64,000 nucleotides of DNA, taken from the NCBI GenBank assembly GCA_965216875.1, contig OZ244207.1, forward strand, positions 4,864,001-4,928,000. The letters are read 5' to 3'. Both the position numbers and the translations under genes were made by a program. Positions 18,967-28,363 of the stretch are shown one piece after another. The stretch is from Rubripirellula sp. GTDB lineage: Bacteria; Planctomycetota; Planctomycetia; Pirellulales; Pirellulaceae. Positions within the stretch are counted from its first letter, which is position 1. Every line of letters begins with the position of its first letter. The notes beneath the pieces were generated by a model. The model was not told the DNA's origin. It worked only from the letters and a program-made list of their open reading frames with translations, and did no database searches.

Positions 18967-20588
18967 TCTCCCTGCAAGCCATCGTCCTTCGCAATTCGAG
19001 AGGAACCAGCGGACACAGTATCAACCTTCAACATCAAACGCACATCATCAAATGAAACCGACTGTCCAGGCGTGAGGTTGACGGGCTCATTGCCCATAGC
19101 CATAGCGCCGACGCCGCCGCCTGCCGGCGAGTCCAAACGCCGCACCGCCAACGCGTCTCCCACCCGGTAGATCACGCACCGGCTCGACAGCCCGCCGACA
19201 GATAAATGACAGTTCGCATCCGAACCAATGATGATCGAATCAGCCATCAATACCACTCGGCGGATATCGGATCGCGGCATCGACGCCCCAGCAAACTCCA
19301 AACAGGCCGTTGCACTCGCGGCGACAGGTTTGCAGAAACGCACCCGACCACGACGCCCGACGCGAATCACATCGTCGCCTTGCAGCAGGCGTTGTCGCGT
19401 CTTCTTTCCGTTGATGTCGACCTCACCATCACTCGAAAGCATGTAGTCGCCTCCGTCACGCTGGATGCGTACGTTGCCCTCGATGCCTTCTGTCATGATC
19501 GGAACATCGACGCCACCTGCCCGCGACGCGGGACCGACGGTCACGCAGTCTTGAGGAAGCAACAGCACGCTCCCCAGGCCATCCACCTGCAACAAGAGCC
19601 GTTGTCCACCGTGACTGGGAGCCGCCGGAATCTCACGCAACTTGTTCGGAATGTGCAGTGCCGTTTCGGCAAGCGGCGGTGGCAGCGGACAATCGCCAAC
19701 GAGACCGAGCGGTCCGCGCTGAAGTTGTCCCAAGTTTTGTTGTATGGTTTGCAATGCGTCGATTGCCTGCTTGATCCAATTCGTCTCGCCAATCGTCTGT
19801 GCGATCAGACTTAGCTGACGATCCGCATCGATGTAGTCTTTTTCTTCAAGAGCTTGACTGGTGCGGATCAGTCGGTCGATCACTTCAACCAACTCGCGGG
19901 CATCACTCGAGCGTCCGGCAACGACGGCAAGCGATTCGCGCCAAGTCACCACTCGATCAACGCGGCCGTTGGCCAAGTCTCGGTGAATGTTCTCAAGAAC
20001 ACCAGGCAAGATTTCGCCGATGTCGCGGCGCGCCGGTTCAAGTTCGGGTTGCGATCGAATCAGTTCGACCAAACTCTTGAGTGCACGCTCGCAGTCGCCC
20101 TCCTCGACTGCGAGCCGTGCGCGTTGAAGCGCCGCATCGTTCAACTCTCGCTGCACGTCCATGCGATCGGCCAAGTCTTTGGCTTCGCGCTGGCCCGTTG
20201 CGGCAAGGTCCAAGATCCGGCGACCGACCGTTCCCACACCGCGGTCGATCTGTTGCCGTGCGACGCGAACGATCTCTTGATCACGACGTCGCTTCTGGCT
20301 TTGGTCGGACTTGGTTTGATGCACTGCTTCAAAGAGTTCGACGACAGAGGGTTGTTGCCCACCTAATTCGACCGCTTTGGCTGCGTCCGAGGCGGCGGCC
20401 GCCACACGCCCGCCAGAAAGATGTTCGTTGCCACGTTCGACCAACGCGTTGACAAGCCTGGTTGCAAACAACTGCCCCGGTCGCGTCGATCGCACGTCCG
20501 ACGATCGTACGAGCGAAAACGCCTCATCGAGCTGGCCGTTGGCCAAGGCTGTTTCGGCTTGCTTGAGGGGCAGGTTTAACACTTTCAA
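18957..20588 (-). CDS. TPR-like helical protein with C-terminal degenerate FHA-like domain(s)
   Basis: Helical N-terminus. The C-terminus VTVG...INGKK...LLQGDDVIRVG resembles an FHA fold. It overlaps the kinase start. Confidence 0.72.
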   Translation of the reverse strand: MKVLNLPLKQAETALANGQLDEAFSLVRSSDVRSTRPGQLFATRLVNALVERGNEHLSGGRVAAAASDAAKAVELGGQQPSVVELFEAVHQTKSDQSQKRRRDQEIVRVARQQIDRGVGTVGRRILDLAATGQREAKDLADRMDVQRELNDAALQRARLAVEEGDCERALKSLVELIRSQPELEPARRDIGEILPGVLENIHRDLANGRVDRVVTWRESLAVVAGRSSDARELVEVIDRLIRTSQALEEKDYIDADRQLSLIAQTIGETNWIKQAIDALQTIQQNLGQLQRGPLGLVGDCPLPPPLAETALHIPNKLREIPAAPSHGGQRLLLQVDGLGSVLLLPQDCVTVGPASRAGGVDVPIMTEGIEGNVRIQRDGGDYMLSSDGEVDINGKKTRQRLLQGDDVIRVGRRGRVRFCKPVAASATACLEFAGASMPRSDIRRVVLMADSIIIGSDANCHLSVGGLSSRCVIYRVGDALAVRRLDSPAGGGVGAMAMGNEPVNLTPGQSVSFDDVRLMLKVDTVSAGSSRIAKDDGLQGDWA

Positions 20589-20651
20589 TGACTCGCAACG
20601 TTAAAGGCAGTGACAACAGAACCAATTCGCAGCAGACCAATCTCAGCGAAC

Positions 20652-21461
20652 TTACTGCTGAGCAACCAATTGGCTGGCCTCTTCGCCTCCGAAGTAGTCA
20701 TCAAACTCCGAAAGGAGTTCCGTTTCGTCAACTTGACCTTCGTCCAATTGTATCTCCTGCAGGTCCGATTCATGAGCCAAAACGCGTTGCGAAACGTCCA
20801 AGCGTCGTTGAATCTGGGCCAACAGTTGATCAGCCCGGTTCAGCTTGCCGCCATCAACATCGACCTGACTGCCGATCGACGAAGACTGAACCAAGCGATG
20901 CTGGGCAACGAGTGACTCGATCTTTTGCTCAAGCTGTAGCTTCTGGTGCTTTGCACGCTCGTGCATTTGCAGTGCGTTTGCCAGCGATTGCTTGCGTGTT
21001 TCGAGGAGCCGTTCTTTGCTTCCCTGAATCAACTCGGCTTCACGATAGCGATCGAATTCGTTTGACAGTTGCTGAGTGAGGTGCTCGCGTGAAATGTCTC
21101 GGCTGCCGATTTCGTAGGAAACCTGTTGGACGCGCATTTTCTTTCGAAGCGATGCCAGCTTGCGTTGCCGATCGTCGAGTGCGATGCGGCCTTTCTCGAT
21201 GTCTTTTTCCAGCGTCGCAATCTCCACCTCGTCTTCGGCGATCATTCGCACATTGGCTTGGAGCTGGGGCAGGATGTCGTCGACCATATCGCGAGCACGC
21301 TGCAGCTCGAATTCAACAGAAACGCTGTCCTGGGCTGCCTTTTGGACGACGCGGCCCGACGTTCGGACGTAACTCAGAAAATTGGCTCCGAACAGGAAGA
21401 AGCCGACCAGCACGACCCCGACCGCGAACAAGGCGGCCGGTTTGATCATCTTGGATACCAT
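20652..21461 (-). CDS. Membrane-anchored coiled-coil protein, PspA/IM30-like (269 aa)
   Basis: ATG 21461 after GGAG, an N-terminal hydrophobic helix, then long heptad helices (VEFELQRARDMVDDI...LEQKIESLVAQ). The ORF-track extension to 21719 runs through REP DNA. Confidence 0.75.
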   Translation of the reverse strand: MVSKMIKPAALFAVGVVLVGFFLFGANFLSYVRTSGRVVQKAAQDSVSVEFELQRARDMVDDILPQLQANVRMIAEDEVEIATLEKDIEKGRIALDDRQRKLASLRKKMRVQQVSYEIGSRDISREHLTQQLSNEFDRYREAELIQGSKERLLETRKQSLANALQMHERAKHQKLQLEQKIESLVAQHRLVQSSSIGSQVDVDGGKLNRADQLLAQIQRRLDVSQRVLAHESDLQEIQLDEGQVDETELLSEFDDYFGGEEASQLVAQQ

Positions 21462-21656
21462 GAAATTGACTCCGCTTTGATTGGCCAAAACAACATGCGG
21501 TTTTGGCGACAGGTTGGGGGTTCGATCTTGCGAGCCGCCCAAAACCGGCCCGACAACCATGCAGTCGTAGGTCGGCGGAGAGTATTTCAAAGAATCAGAA
21601 AGAAAATCGAAAAGATCGTTCTGCGGCCGCTGGTCGGCCCCACCTCCACCTCCCAC

Positions 21657-22322
21657 CTCGTTCCCACGCTCCTGCGTGGGAACGCACTCTCCGGACGCTC
21701 CGCGTCCCCTTCGTAGCATCCTCCTCGTAGGTCATGCTCCGCATGACAGGCGTTCGCATCCAGTGAATTCCCGTGAACCGCCCCGCCGCTTACGCGATCG
21801 CGGCTCAAGAGGGTGGTTTCCATCGGAGACCACTTACCAACGCCCCACGCTCTGGCGTTTGTCGTCCCGCCTTCAGGCGGAAGAAAGCGAAGATTCCGGC
21901 TAAAGCTCGGTACTACGAACCTCCTCAAGCTCGCCAGAAGTTGTTCGCGTTGCTTTACCGCTCTCCACAACCACTCGGTTTGTCCAACCAGTGCGCCGAA
22001 CGCAGATCGCAATTCACCCAATGGGCGGGAAGCCGACACGACTGGCGAAGCATTCAAGCGTCGCTGGGAAGTGAGGGGCAAAGCCCCGATCATTTGCCCC
22101 AGACAAATGGCCGGGCCGTTGGCCCTAAGTCATTCTTGAATACGTTAACCCAGTCCGTTGGACTGGGCTAGACAAACCACTGAGCCTTCGGCCTGAAGAG
22201 TGTGGCAAAATGATCACCGATAAGCCAAAACAATTCGTCACCATCACTCTCAGGCCCGGTGAGGGGCACCTCGAACGGCCCTCCCCGGGCTTTAGCGCCC
22301 GACCCTCCCACAAGTGGGAGGG
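21657..22322. repeat. Mosaic of several REP-like palindromic families
   Basis: Family E at 21657-21708 (inverse copy 63164-63212), family A GTAGGTCATGCTCCGCATGAC at 21727-21747 and family B at 21861-21916, plus the palindromes CCCAGTCCGTTGGACTGGG and CCCTCCCACAAGTGGGAGGG. Confidence 0.8.
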
Positions 22323-22368
22323 TAATTTCTGTTGAAGCAGTGCATGACACTTAGAGATAGATCAACCA

Positions 22369-23859
22369 CTACTTGGACTGTAGTGCTCTTAGGATGGCGT
22401 CGACGTTTTCTTTGGCGTCGCCGAACAACATGTGGGTGTTGTCTTTGTAGAACAGCGGGTTGTCGACGCCGGCGTAGCCGGTTGCCATGCCTCGTTTCAT
22501 GACCACGCACGTCTTGGCGGTCCAAACTTCAATCACCGGCATCCCTGCAATCGGGCTGTTGGGATCTTCCAACGCGGCTGGATTGACGATGTCGTTGGCG
22601 CCAATGACGAGAATCGCATCGGTGTCGGACATGTCCTCGTTGATCTCATCCATTTCAAGAACAATGTCGTACGGCACGTTCGCTTCGGCCAACAACACGT
22701 TCATGTGACCTGGCAATCGCCCGGCAACTGGGTGAATCGCGAAGCGAACTTCCTTATTTTTCTTCAGCAAGATTTTCACCACTTCGGCCAGCGAATGCTG
22801 AGCCTGCGCGACCGCCATTCCGTAGCCCGGAACGATGATCACACTCTGGGCTTCATCGAGCATGTCCACAGTGTCATCAACACTAAACTCGGTCACCGTC
22901 CCATCGACCTCAGCCGCTGGCCCACCGCCCGAAGTACCGAACCCACCAAGGATCACGCTAATGAAACTGCGATTCATTGCGGCACACATGATGTACGAAA
23001 GGATCGCGCCCGAGCTGCCGACCAAAGCCCCCGTGATGATCAGCAAATGGTTCTTCAACATGAATCCAGCCGCGGCTGCCGCCCAACCGGAATACGAATT
23101 GAGCATCGAAACGACCACCGGCATGTCAGCACCGCCGATCGCAACGACCATGTGCACACCCAGAAACGATGCGATCGCCGTCATGATCAACAGCGGAGTC
23201 ATCGCCGCGTTGGCGTCGCCTTCACGGCAAAACCAAACACCAAGCCCAACACAGAAAACCACAAGCGCAAGATTGAGCAGGTGCCGGCCAGGCACCGTGA
23301 TCGGTTTGCCACTTATCGATCCGCGCAGCTTCAAGAAAGCGAGAATCGAACCAGTGAAGGTGATCGCGCCAATGAAAACACCAACGAATATCTCAATCTC
23401 ATGAACCAGCATTTCACTTGCTGGTACGTCAACACCTGGCTGCAGATGACTCGAGATCCCAACGAGCACGGCGGCCAAACCGACGAAGCTGTGCAACATC
23501 GCGACCAGCTCGGGCATCCCCGTCATGGGCACGCGTGCGGCAAGCACAGCACCAATCGCGACGGCAGGCACGATCGCGATCGCCATCGATGAAAAACCGC
23601 CAGTCATCATGCCGAAGATGGTCGCGCCGATCGCAAGCAGCATGCCGACGATGCCAAGCATGTTGCCGCGCCGCGCGGTCGTTTGGTGAGACAAACCGGC
23701 CAGCGAAAAAATAAACAACACACCGGCGACGATGTACGCGACCGTCGCCATCGATTGATTCAAACCCATCGATTCACTAGCAAGCTCAATCGACTCTTCG
23801 TTGGCTAGCAGTGAGCGTCCTAACAACATGGGAGCTCCAGACAGCATCGTTTCGATCAT
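22369..23859 (-). CDS. pntB: NAD(P) transhydrogenase subunit beta
   Basis: [53 protein letters not shown] and [10 protein letters not shown]. Start placed at ATG 23859 after AAGGA (GTG 23874 is an alternative). Confidence 0.97.
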   Translation of the reverse strand: MIETMLSGAPMLLGRSLLANEESIELASESMGLNQSMATVAYIVAGVLFIFSLAGLSHQTTARRGNMLGIVGMLLAIGATIFGMMTGGFSSMAIAIVPAVAIGAVLAARVPMTGMPELVAMLHSFVGLAAVLVGISSHLQPGVDVPASEMLVHEIEIFVGVFIGAITFTGSILAFLKLRGSISGKPITVPGRHLLNLALVVFCVGLGVWFCREGDANAAMTPLLIMTAIASFLGVHMVVAIGGADMPVVVSMLNSYSGWAAAAAGFMLKNHLLIITGALVGSSGAILSYIMCAAMNRSFISVILGGFGTSGGGPAAEVDGTVTEFSVDDTVDMLDEAQSVIIVPGYGMAVAQAQHSLAEVVKILLKKNKEVRFAIHPVAGRLPGHMNVLLAEANVPYDIVLEMDEINEDMSDTDAILVIGANDIVNPAALEDPNSPIAGMPVIEVWTAKTCVVMKRGMATGYAGVDNPLFYKDNTHMLFGDAKENVDAILRALQSK

Positions 23860-23888
23860 CGTATCCTTAAGCACGTTGCAGAAACTCG

Positions 23889-25424
23889 CTACTTACGAAA
23901 CATCTTCAGCATGCGCTGGGTGACCAGGAAGCCGCCCGCGATGTTGATCGTCGCAAAAAAGATGGCGATCGCCCCGAGGATTGCCGCTGGGCCGCTCGAC
24001 ACGCCCACTTGAACCATCCCGCCAACGATGATGATTCCCGAAATCGCGTTCGTCACACTCATCAACGGCGTGTGTAGCGCAGCGGTCACATTCCAAATCA
24101 CTTGCCAGCCCACGATGCAAGCCAAGATGAAAACCGTAAAGTCGGTGATGAAGCCGGGGTTCTGAGTGAATCCGATTCCAATCAGGACGACGATGCAAAG
24201 GACAGCCATCACGGCGCCCCACGCGCTAAAGTCCTTTTCGGCCTTGGTGATGGCCGCCTCCACTTCCGGTGTTTCGTTCGCCTTGGGTGCAGCCGAAACG
24301 GAAACGGGAGGTGGTGGCCACGTGACCGCACCTTCTTTGACCACCGTTGCGCTGCGGATCACTTCGTCGTCCATGTTGACGTCAAAGTTTTCCGATCCGC
24401 CGAGCTCATCGAGTAGGTGATAGAGGTTTGTCCCATAAAGCTGGCTCGACGTGTGTGCGAGCCGACTGGCAAGGTCGCTGTAGCCAACGATGTGCACACC
24501 GCGGTGCTGGGTCACTTGATCGGGCACCGTCACTTCACAGTTGCCGCCTTGTTCGGCCGCCAAGTCGACCACCACGGAACCGGGCCGCATCGATTCGACC
24601 ATCTCACGGGTGATCAGTTTCGGTGCTGGTTTTCCTGGGATCAACGCGGTCGTGATGATGATGTCGACTTCTTTTGCCTGGGCTGCAAAGAGCGCCATTT
24701 CCGCCTCGATGAACTCTTTGCTCATCGTTTTCGCATAGCCACCCGCGGTGCCACCATCTTCGTCCTGCTCGAACTCGAGCATCAGGAAGTCGGCGCCCAT
24801 GCTTTTGACTTGGTCGGCCACTTCAGGGCGAACGTCAAAGGCGCGAACAATCGCGCCGAGGCCGCGTGCCGTTCCGATCGCAGCCAAGCCGGCCACCCCG
24901 GCACCAATGACGAGCACTTTCGCTGGCGGCACCTTTCCAGCAGCCGTGATCTGGCCGGTAAAGAATCGGCCAAACAAACCGGCTGCTTCGACCACCGCGC
25001 GATAGCCGGCAATGTTCGCCATCGAACTGAGCGCGTCAAGTTTTTGAGCCCGACTGATCCGCGGCACGGCATCGATCGAGAGCGCCGTCGCTCCGCGGGC
25101 CGCGATCTGCTCGAGCAACTCACCGTTTTGTGCGGGCGCCAAGAAGCTAATCAACGTCTGGCTCTCGCGGATCATCGCGATCTCGCCCGCGTCGGGTCCG
25201 CGAACCTTCAGGACGACATCTGCGTTTTGCCAAACGTCTGCTGTATCGACGATTTCGCATCCAACTTGCGAATACAAATCATCGGGAAAACTGGCCGATT
25301 CGCCCGCTCCCGTTTCCACCACCACTTCGAAACCAAGCTTTTCGATCAGGCGGCGCGCTGTTTCGGGGGTTGCCGCAACGCGACGTTCTCCCGGAAACCG
25401 CTCCTTTGTTATTCCGACCTTCAT
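23889..25424 (-). CDS. pntA: NAD(P) transhydrogenase subunit alpha (unsplit)
   Basis: [30 protein letters not shown] and [14 protein letters not shown]. Confidence 0.97.
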   Translation of the reverse strand: MKVGITKERFPGERRVAATPETARRLIEKLGFEVVVETGAGESASFPDDLYSQVGCEIVDTADVWQNADVVLKVRGPDAGEIAMIRESQTLISFLAPAQNGELLEQIAARGATALSIDAVPRISRAQKLDALSSMANIAGYRAVVEAAGLFGRFFTGQITAAGKVPPAKVLVIGAGVAGLAAIGTARGLGAIVRAFDVRPEVADQVKSMGADFLMLEFEQDEDGGTAGGYAKTMSKEFIEAEMALFAAQAKEVDIIITTALIPGKPAPKLITREMVESMRPGSVVVDLAAEQGGNCEVTVPDQVTQHRGVHIVGYSDLASRLAHTSSQLYGTNLYHLLDELGGSENFDVNMDDEVIRSATVVKEGAVTWPPPPVSVSAAPKANETPEVEAAITKAEKDFSAWGAVMAVLCIVVLIGIGFTQNPGFITDFTVFILACIVGWQVIWNVTAALHTPLMSVTNAISGIIIVGGMVQVGVSSGPAAILGAIAIFFATINIAGGFLVTQRMLKMFRK

Positions 25425-25544
25425 CTTCAGGTGCGATGCCTCCCGCTGGAACTCGTGAAGCGAAGATGTTACGCCAGACAGCCTGACGCTGCCACCAGCG
25501 GACGATTTCGTCGTGAAAACGGGATGGTTCTGAGCTCAGATTGA

Positions 25545-26549
25545 CTAAACGCGGGCTTTCTCGACATCGCCCAGCGCATCGAGGTCGGATTGATGCTGGT
25601 CGAGCGCCTGCTGAATCGAATCGATTGATGCCTGGTCGAGCGTCCGATCCCCCGCCAAAGCGGTCTCGGCGATCTGCTCGGGACTCCGCGCTCCGACAAT
25701 GGCCGACGTCACTTCCTCGCGACGCAAAACCCAAGCAATCGCAACTTCGGCCACCGTCCAGCCAAGATCCTGTGCGATCGATTCGATTCGAGCGACGAAA
25801 GCAAGATTGACCTCCAATTGCGGAGACTGGAAACGCGGATCGCGACTGCGATGATCCTTTTCCGAAAGAGACGCGGCCCGCTCGGCCGTGAACCGACCGG
25901 TTAGCAACCCCTTGCCCATTGGGCTGTAGCAAACGACACCGATGCCGTTTTCGCCACAGTAGGGCAAGAGCTCACTTTCGCACTCACGCGTCAACATGCT
26001 GTAGGGAGGCTGTAGCGAAGCGACCGGATGAATCGCCGCAAGACGCTTGAGCTGATCGGCACTGTGGTTGGAAACACCAATGTGCCGCACTTTGCCTTGT
26101 TCCTTCAGCTCGACGAGTGTTTGCCAGCCCTCTTCGATCTGCTCGTCAGGTTCTGGCCAATGCACTTGGTAGAGATCGATGCAGTCGACATCCAGACGCT
26201 GCAAACTCTCTTCACACTCAGCGATCACGCTGTCCCGTTTAAGCGATTTGCCGATCTCGCCACCGCCCAGGTTCGTGCGTCCGCACTTGGTCGCAATCAA
26301 TGGCCGATCGGCCGCGGGAATCTCCTTCAACGCTTTGCCGACCAACACTTCGCTGTGGCCAAAGCCGTAGACCGCTGCGGTATCGATCCAATTGATGCCC
26401 ACTTCAACCGCTTTGCGAATACAAGCGATTGCGGCTGAATCATCTTGATCGCCCCAACCAAACTTCCACTCACCACCACCGATCGCCCACGTGCCAAGGC
26501 CGATCACGCTCAAGTTCAAATCGGTCGTACCAAGGGTTCGATGCAGCAT
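25545..26549 (-). CDS. Aldo/keto reductase
   Basis: IGLGTWAIGG, WIDTAAVYG, IATK, IDLYQVHWP, IGVSN and YSPMGKGLLTG. Start placed at ATG 26549. Confidence 0.95.
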   Translation of the reverse strand: MLHRTLGTTDLNLSVIGLGTWAIGGGEWKFGWGDQDDSAAIACIRKAVEVGINWIDTAAVYGFGHSEVLVGKALKEIPAADRPLIATKCGRTNLGGGEIGKSLKRDSVIAECEESLQRLDVDCIDLYQVHWPEPDEQIEEGWQTLVELKEQGKVRHIGVSNHSADQLKRLAAIHPVASLQPPYSMLTRECESELLPYCGENGIGVVCYSPMGKGLLTGRFTAERAASLSEKDHRSRDPRFQSPQLEVNLAFVARIESIAQDLGWTVAEVAIAWVLRREEVTSAIVGARSPEQIAETALAGDRTLDQASIDSIQQALDQHQSDLDALGDVEKARV

Positions 26550-26650
26550 CTTTTTGTTCTCGCGTTTTCGGAAGTGGGATGGTTCGTCGTCATTGCATTG
26601 ACCGGACAACGCAATCCCGTTTGCAGGTCGTGCAGTTTAACAACTCGTTC

Positions 26651-26821
26651 GTCGTCCCGCCTTCAGGCAGCCTCGGGCAAGATTCCGGCTAAAGCTCGGT
26701 ACTACGAACCGGCGGTGAACTTGAATGACAACGCTCGTGAGATATGTAGCTACCTTCGCCAGAAGGTGGACCCTGCAAAAGGCGGCACTCCACCACTCCA
26801 CGCTCTGGCGAGCGTAGCTAC
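26651..26821. repeat. REP-like elements, families B and C
   Basis: GTCGTCCCGCCTTCAGG...TTCCGGCTAAAGCTCGGTACTAC (26651-26705) and GTAGCTACCTTCGCCAGAAGGTGG...CCACGCTCTGGCGAGCGTAGCTAC (26746-26821). Confidence 0.85.
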
Positions 26822-26854
26822 GACCAAGTGCAGGCTCCAACAAGGCAGCCCCTC

Positions 26855-28291
26855 TCAAAACTTATGTCGCCCTTGCTTTGCCGCTTTGTGCGCTTCGCGG
26901 GTATCGAGTGGCACGCCCGGATCTCGTTGGTATTCCATCCAACGGTCAAGCTCGGCACTCAGTTCCTTCTTGATCGCTGCATAGGTCACATCGTCGGCCA
27001 GGTTGTTGAGCTCTTCCGGATCGGTCGCCGTGTGATAGAGCTGTTCGGCGGGGCGTTTCATGTACCGCTTGACCATCCGCTCCGTCCAAGGGTTTTCGTA
27101 AGTTTGAAACACCCAGGTCGACCAGTACGGGTTGTTTAGCTTTGCATCGCCGCGCATCCCCATGAGGTGTTTTTCTATGTAGATTTCATCCGGCGTCAGG
27201 TTCCGAATGTAGCGGTACTCGCCGTTGGTCACCGTTCGAATCGGATAGGAAGGACCTTCGGGAATGTTGTTGTGGATCCCGTAGGCATACTCGCGATGCT
27301 GTTTCGTCGAATCGAACAGGCAGCTTGCGAAACTTCCGCCGTCATAAGGAAAGTCTGTGGCGTCTCCACCGGCAAGTTCCACCAACGTCGGGGCCACATC
27401 GGCGTATTGCACGATTGCATCGGTCCGCTTTTCGGCCGCGATCTTTCCAGGCCAACGTGCAATCAAGCCCGTGTGCAGACCGCTGTCCCAATTGGTCCAT
27501 TTGCATCCGGGAAACTGCGAGCCTTGCTCGGAAGTAAACAACACCAAAGTGTCATCTGCTTTGCCGCTCAATTCGAGCATGTGCAAGATTTCGCCGACCT
27601 GACCGTCCATGTAAGTGATTTCGGCGAGGTATCGAGAAAAAGCCTCTCGCGTCACTTCGGTATCGGCCAAATACTTTGGCAATTTAATCTTCTCGGGTGG
27701 GTACGCCGACGCGTCTCCCATCACCCATGGCACGTGCGGCTCGACTAAAGCAACCACCAAACAGAACGGATCGTCACTACGTGAAACGAATTCCGCCGCG
27801 GGCGCCAACTCATGCGCGGTCGTTGGATCACGAACACAACTGGGGTCAAATCCGCCAACGTTTTCGAAGGGGAACGCTTTGCGTGGCGTGACATGTTTTT
27901 TGCCAGCGATTCCAACGCGGTATCCAAACTTGCCAAGGTGCTGCGGCAAACTTGTCGTGTCGGCTCGGCTACCCGAGTGATTCCACGCCGCACCGTTTCG
28001 CATCGGATGTTGCCCGGTGTACAGCTCACTGCGACACGGCTGACACATCGCTTCGCTCACGTAGGCTCGATTGAAAACCAAGCCTTGCGAGGCGAGCTGA
28101 TCCAAATTCGGCGTCTTCGCATTCTTACCACCGTAGAGCGGCAAATCGGAATGCGTGCAATCATCAGCCATGATGATCAGGAAGTTTGGCTTCGAGTCAT
28201 CGGCGGTGGCAACAGAACTCACCGCGCCGACAACGAAACTCAGAAGCAACAAAAAGCCAACAACGCTCGTTCGAATTCCGATCCTATTCAC
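26855..28291 (-). CDS. Sulfatase (S1, formylglycine type), secreted
   Basis: Signal peptide, PNFLIIMADD, CQPCR (CxPxR), GKKH and EPHVPW. Confidence 0.93.
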   Translation of the reverse strand: MNRIGIRTSVVGFLLLLSFVVGAVSSVATADDSKPNFLIIMADDCTHSDLPLYGGKNAKTPNLDQLASQGLVFNRAYVSEAMCQPCRSELYTGQHPMRNGAAWNHSGSRADTTSLPQHLGKFGYRVGIAGKKHVTPRKAFPFENVGGFDPSCVRDPTTAHELAPAAEFVSRSDDPFCLVVALVEPHVPWVMGDASAYPPEKIKLPKYLADTEVTREAFSRYLAEITYMDGQVGEILHMLELSGKADDTLVLFTSEQGSQFPGCKWTNWDSGLHTGLIARWPGKIAAEKRTDAIVQYADVAPTLVELAGGDATDFPYDGGSFASCLFDSTKQHREYAYGIHNNIPEGPSYPIRTVTNGEYRYIRNLTPDEIYIEKHLMGMRGDAKLNNPYWSTWVFQTYENPWTERMVKRYMKRPAEQLYHTATDPEELNNLADDVTYAAIKKELSAELDRWMEYQRDPGVPLDTREAHKAAKQGRHKF

Positions 28292-28363
28292 GCTAAAAAA
28301 CCTTGCTCAGAGGAAGTGGTGGTGGCTGCGAACAATCGGAGCAGGTGTCGCGCTCAGATCGTA

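Noticed and set aside
21562..21590. ECF-type promoter for the kinase operon (GAAATA-N15-CGACTG, minus strand)
   Set aside because: The position is plausible, but the match is weak and there is no second copy in the window to support it.
21462..22330. N-terminal extension of the coiled-coil ORF to 21719 and several short ORFs
   Set aside because: They translate REP palindromes. A better start with a ribosome-binding site lies at 21461.
18112..25544. Long plus-strand ORFs (18112-19170, 22432-23592, 24417-25544; likewise 35512-36624)
   Set aside because: They lie antisense to well-supported genes and have no motifs, which is common in GC-rich DNA.
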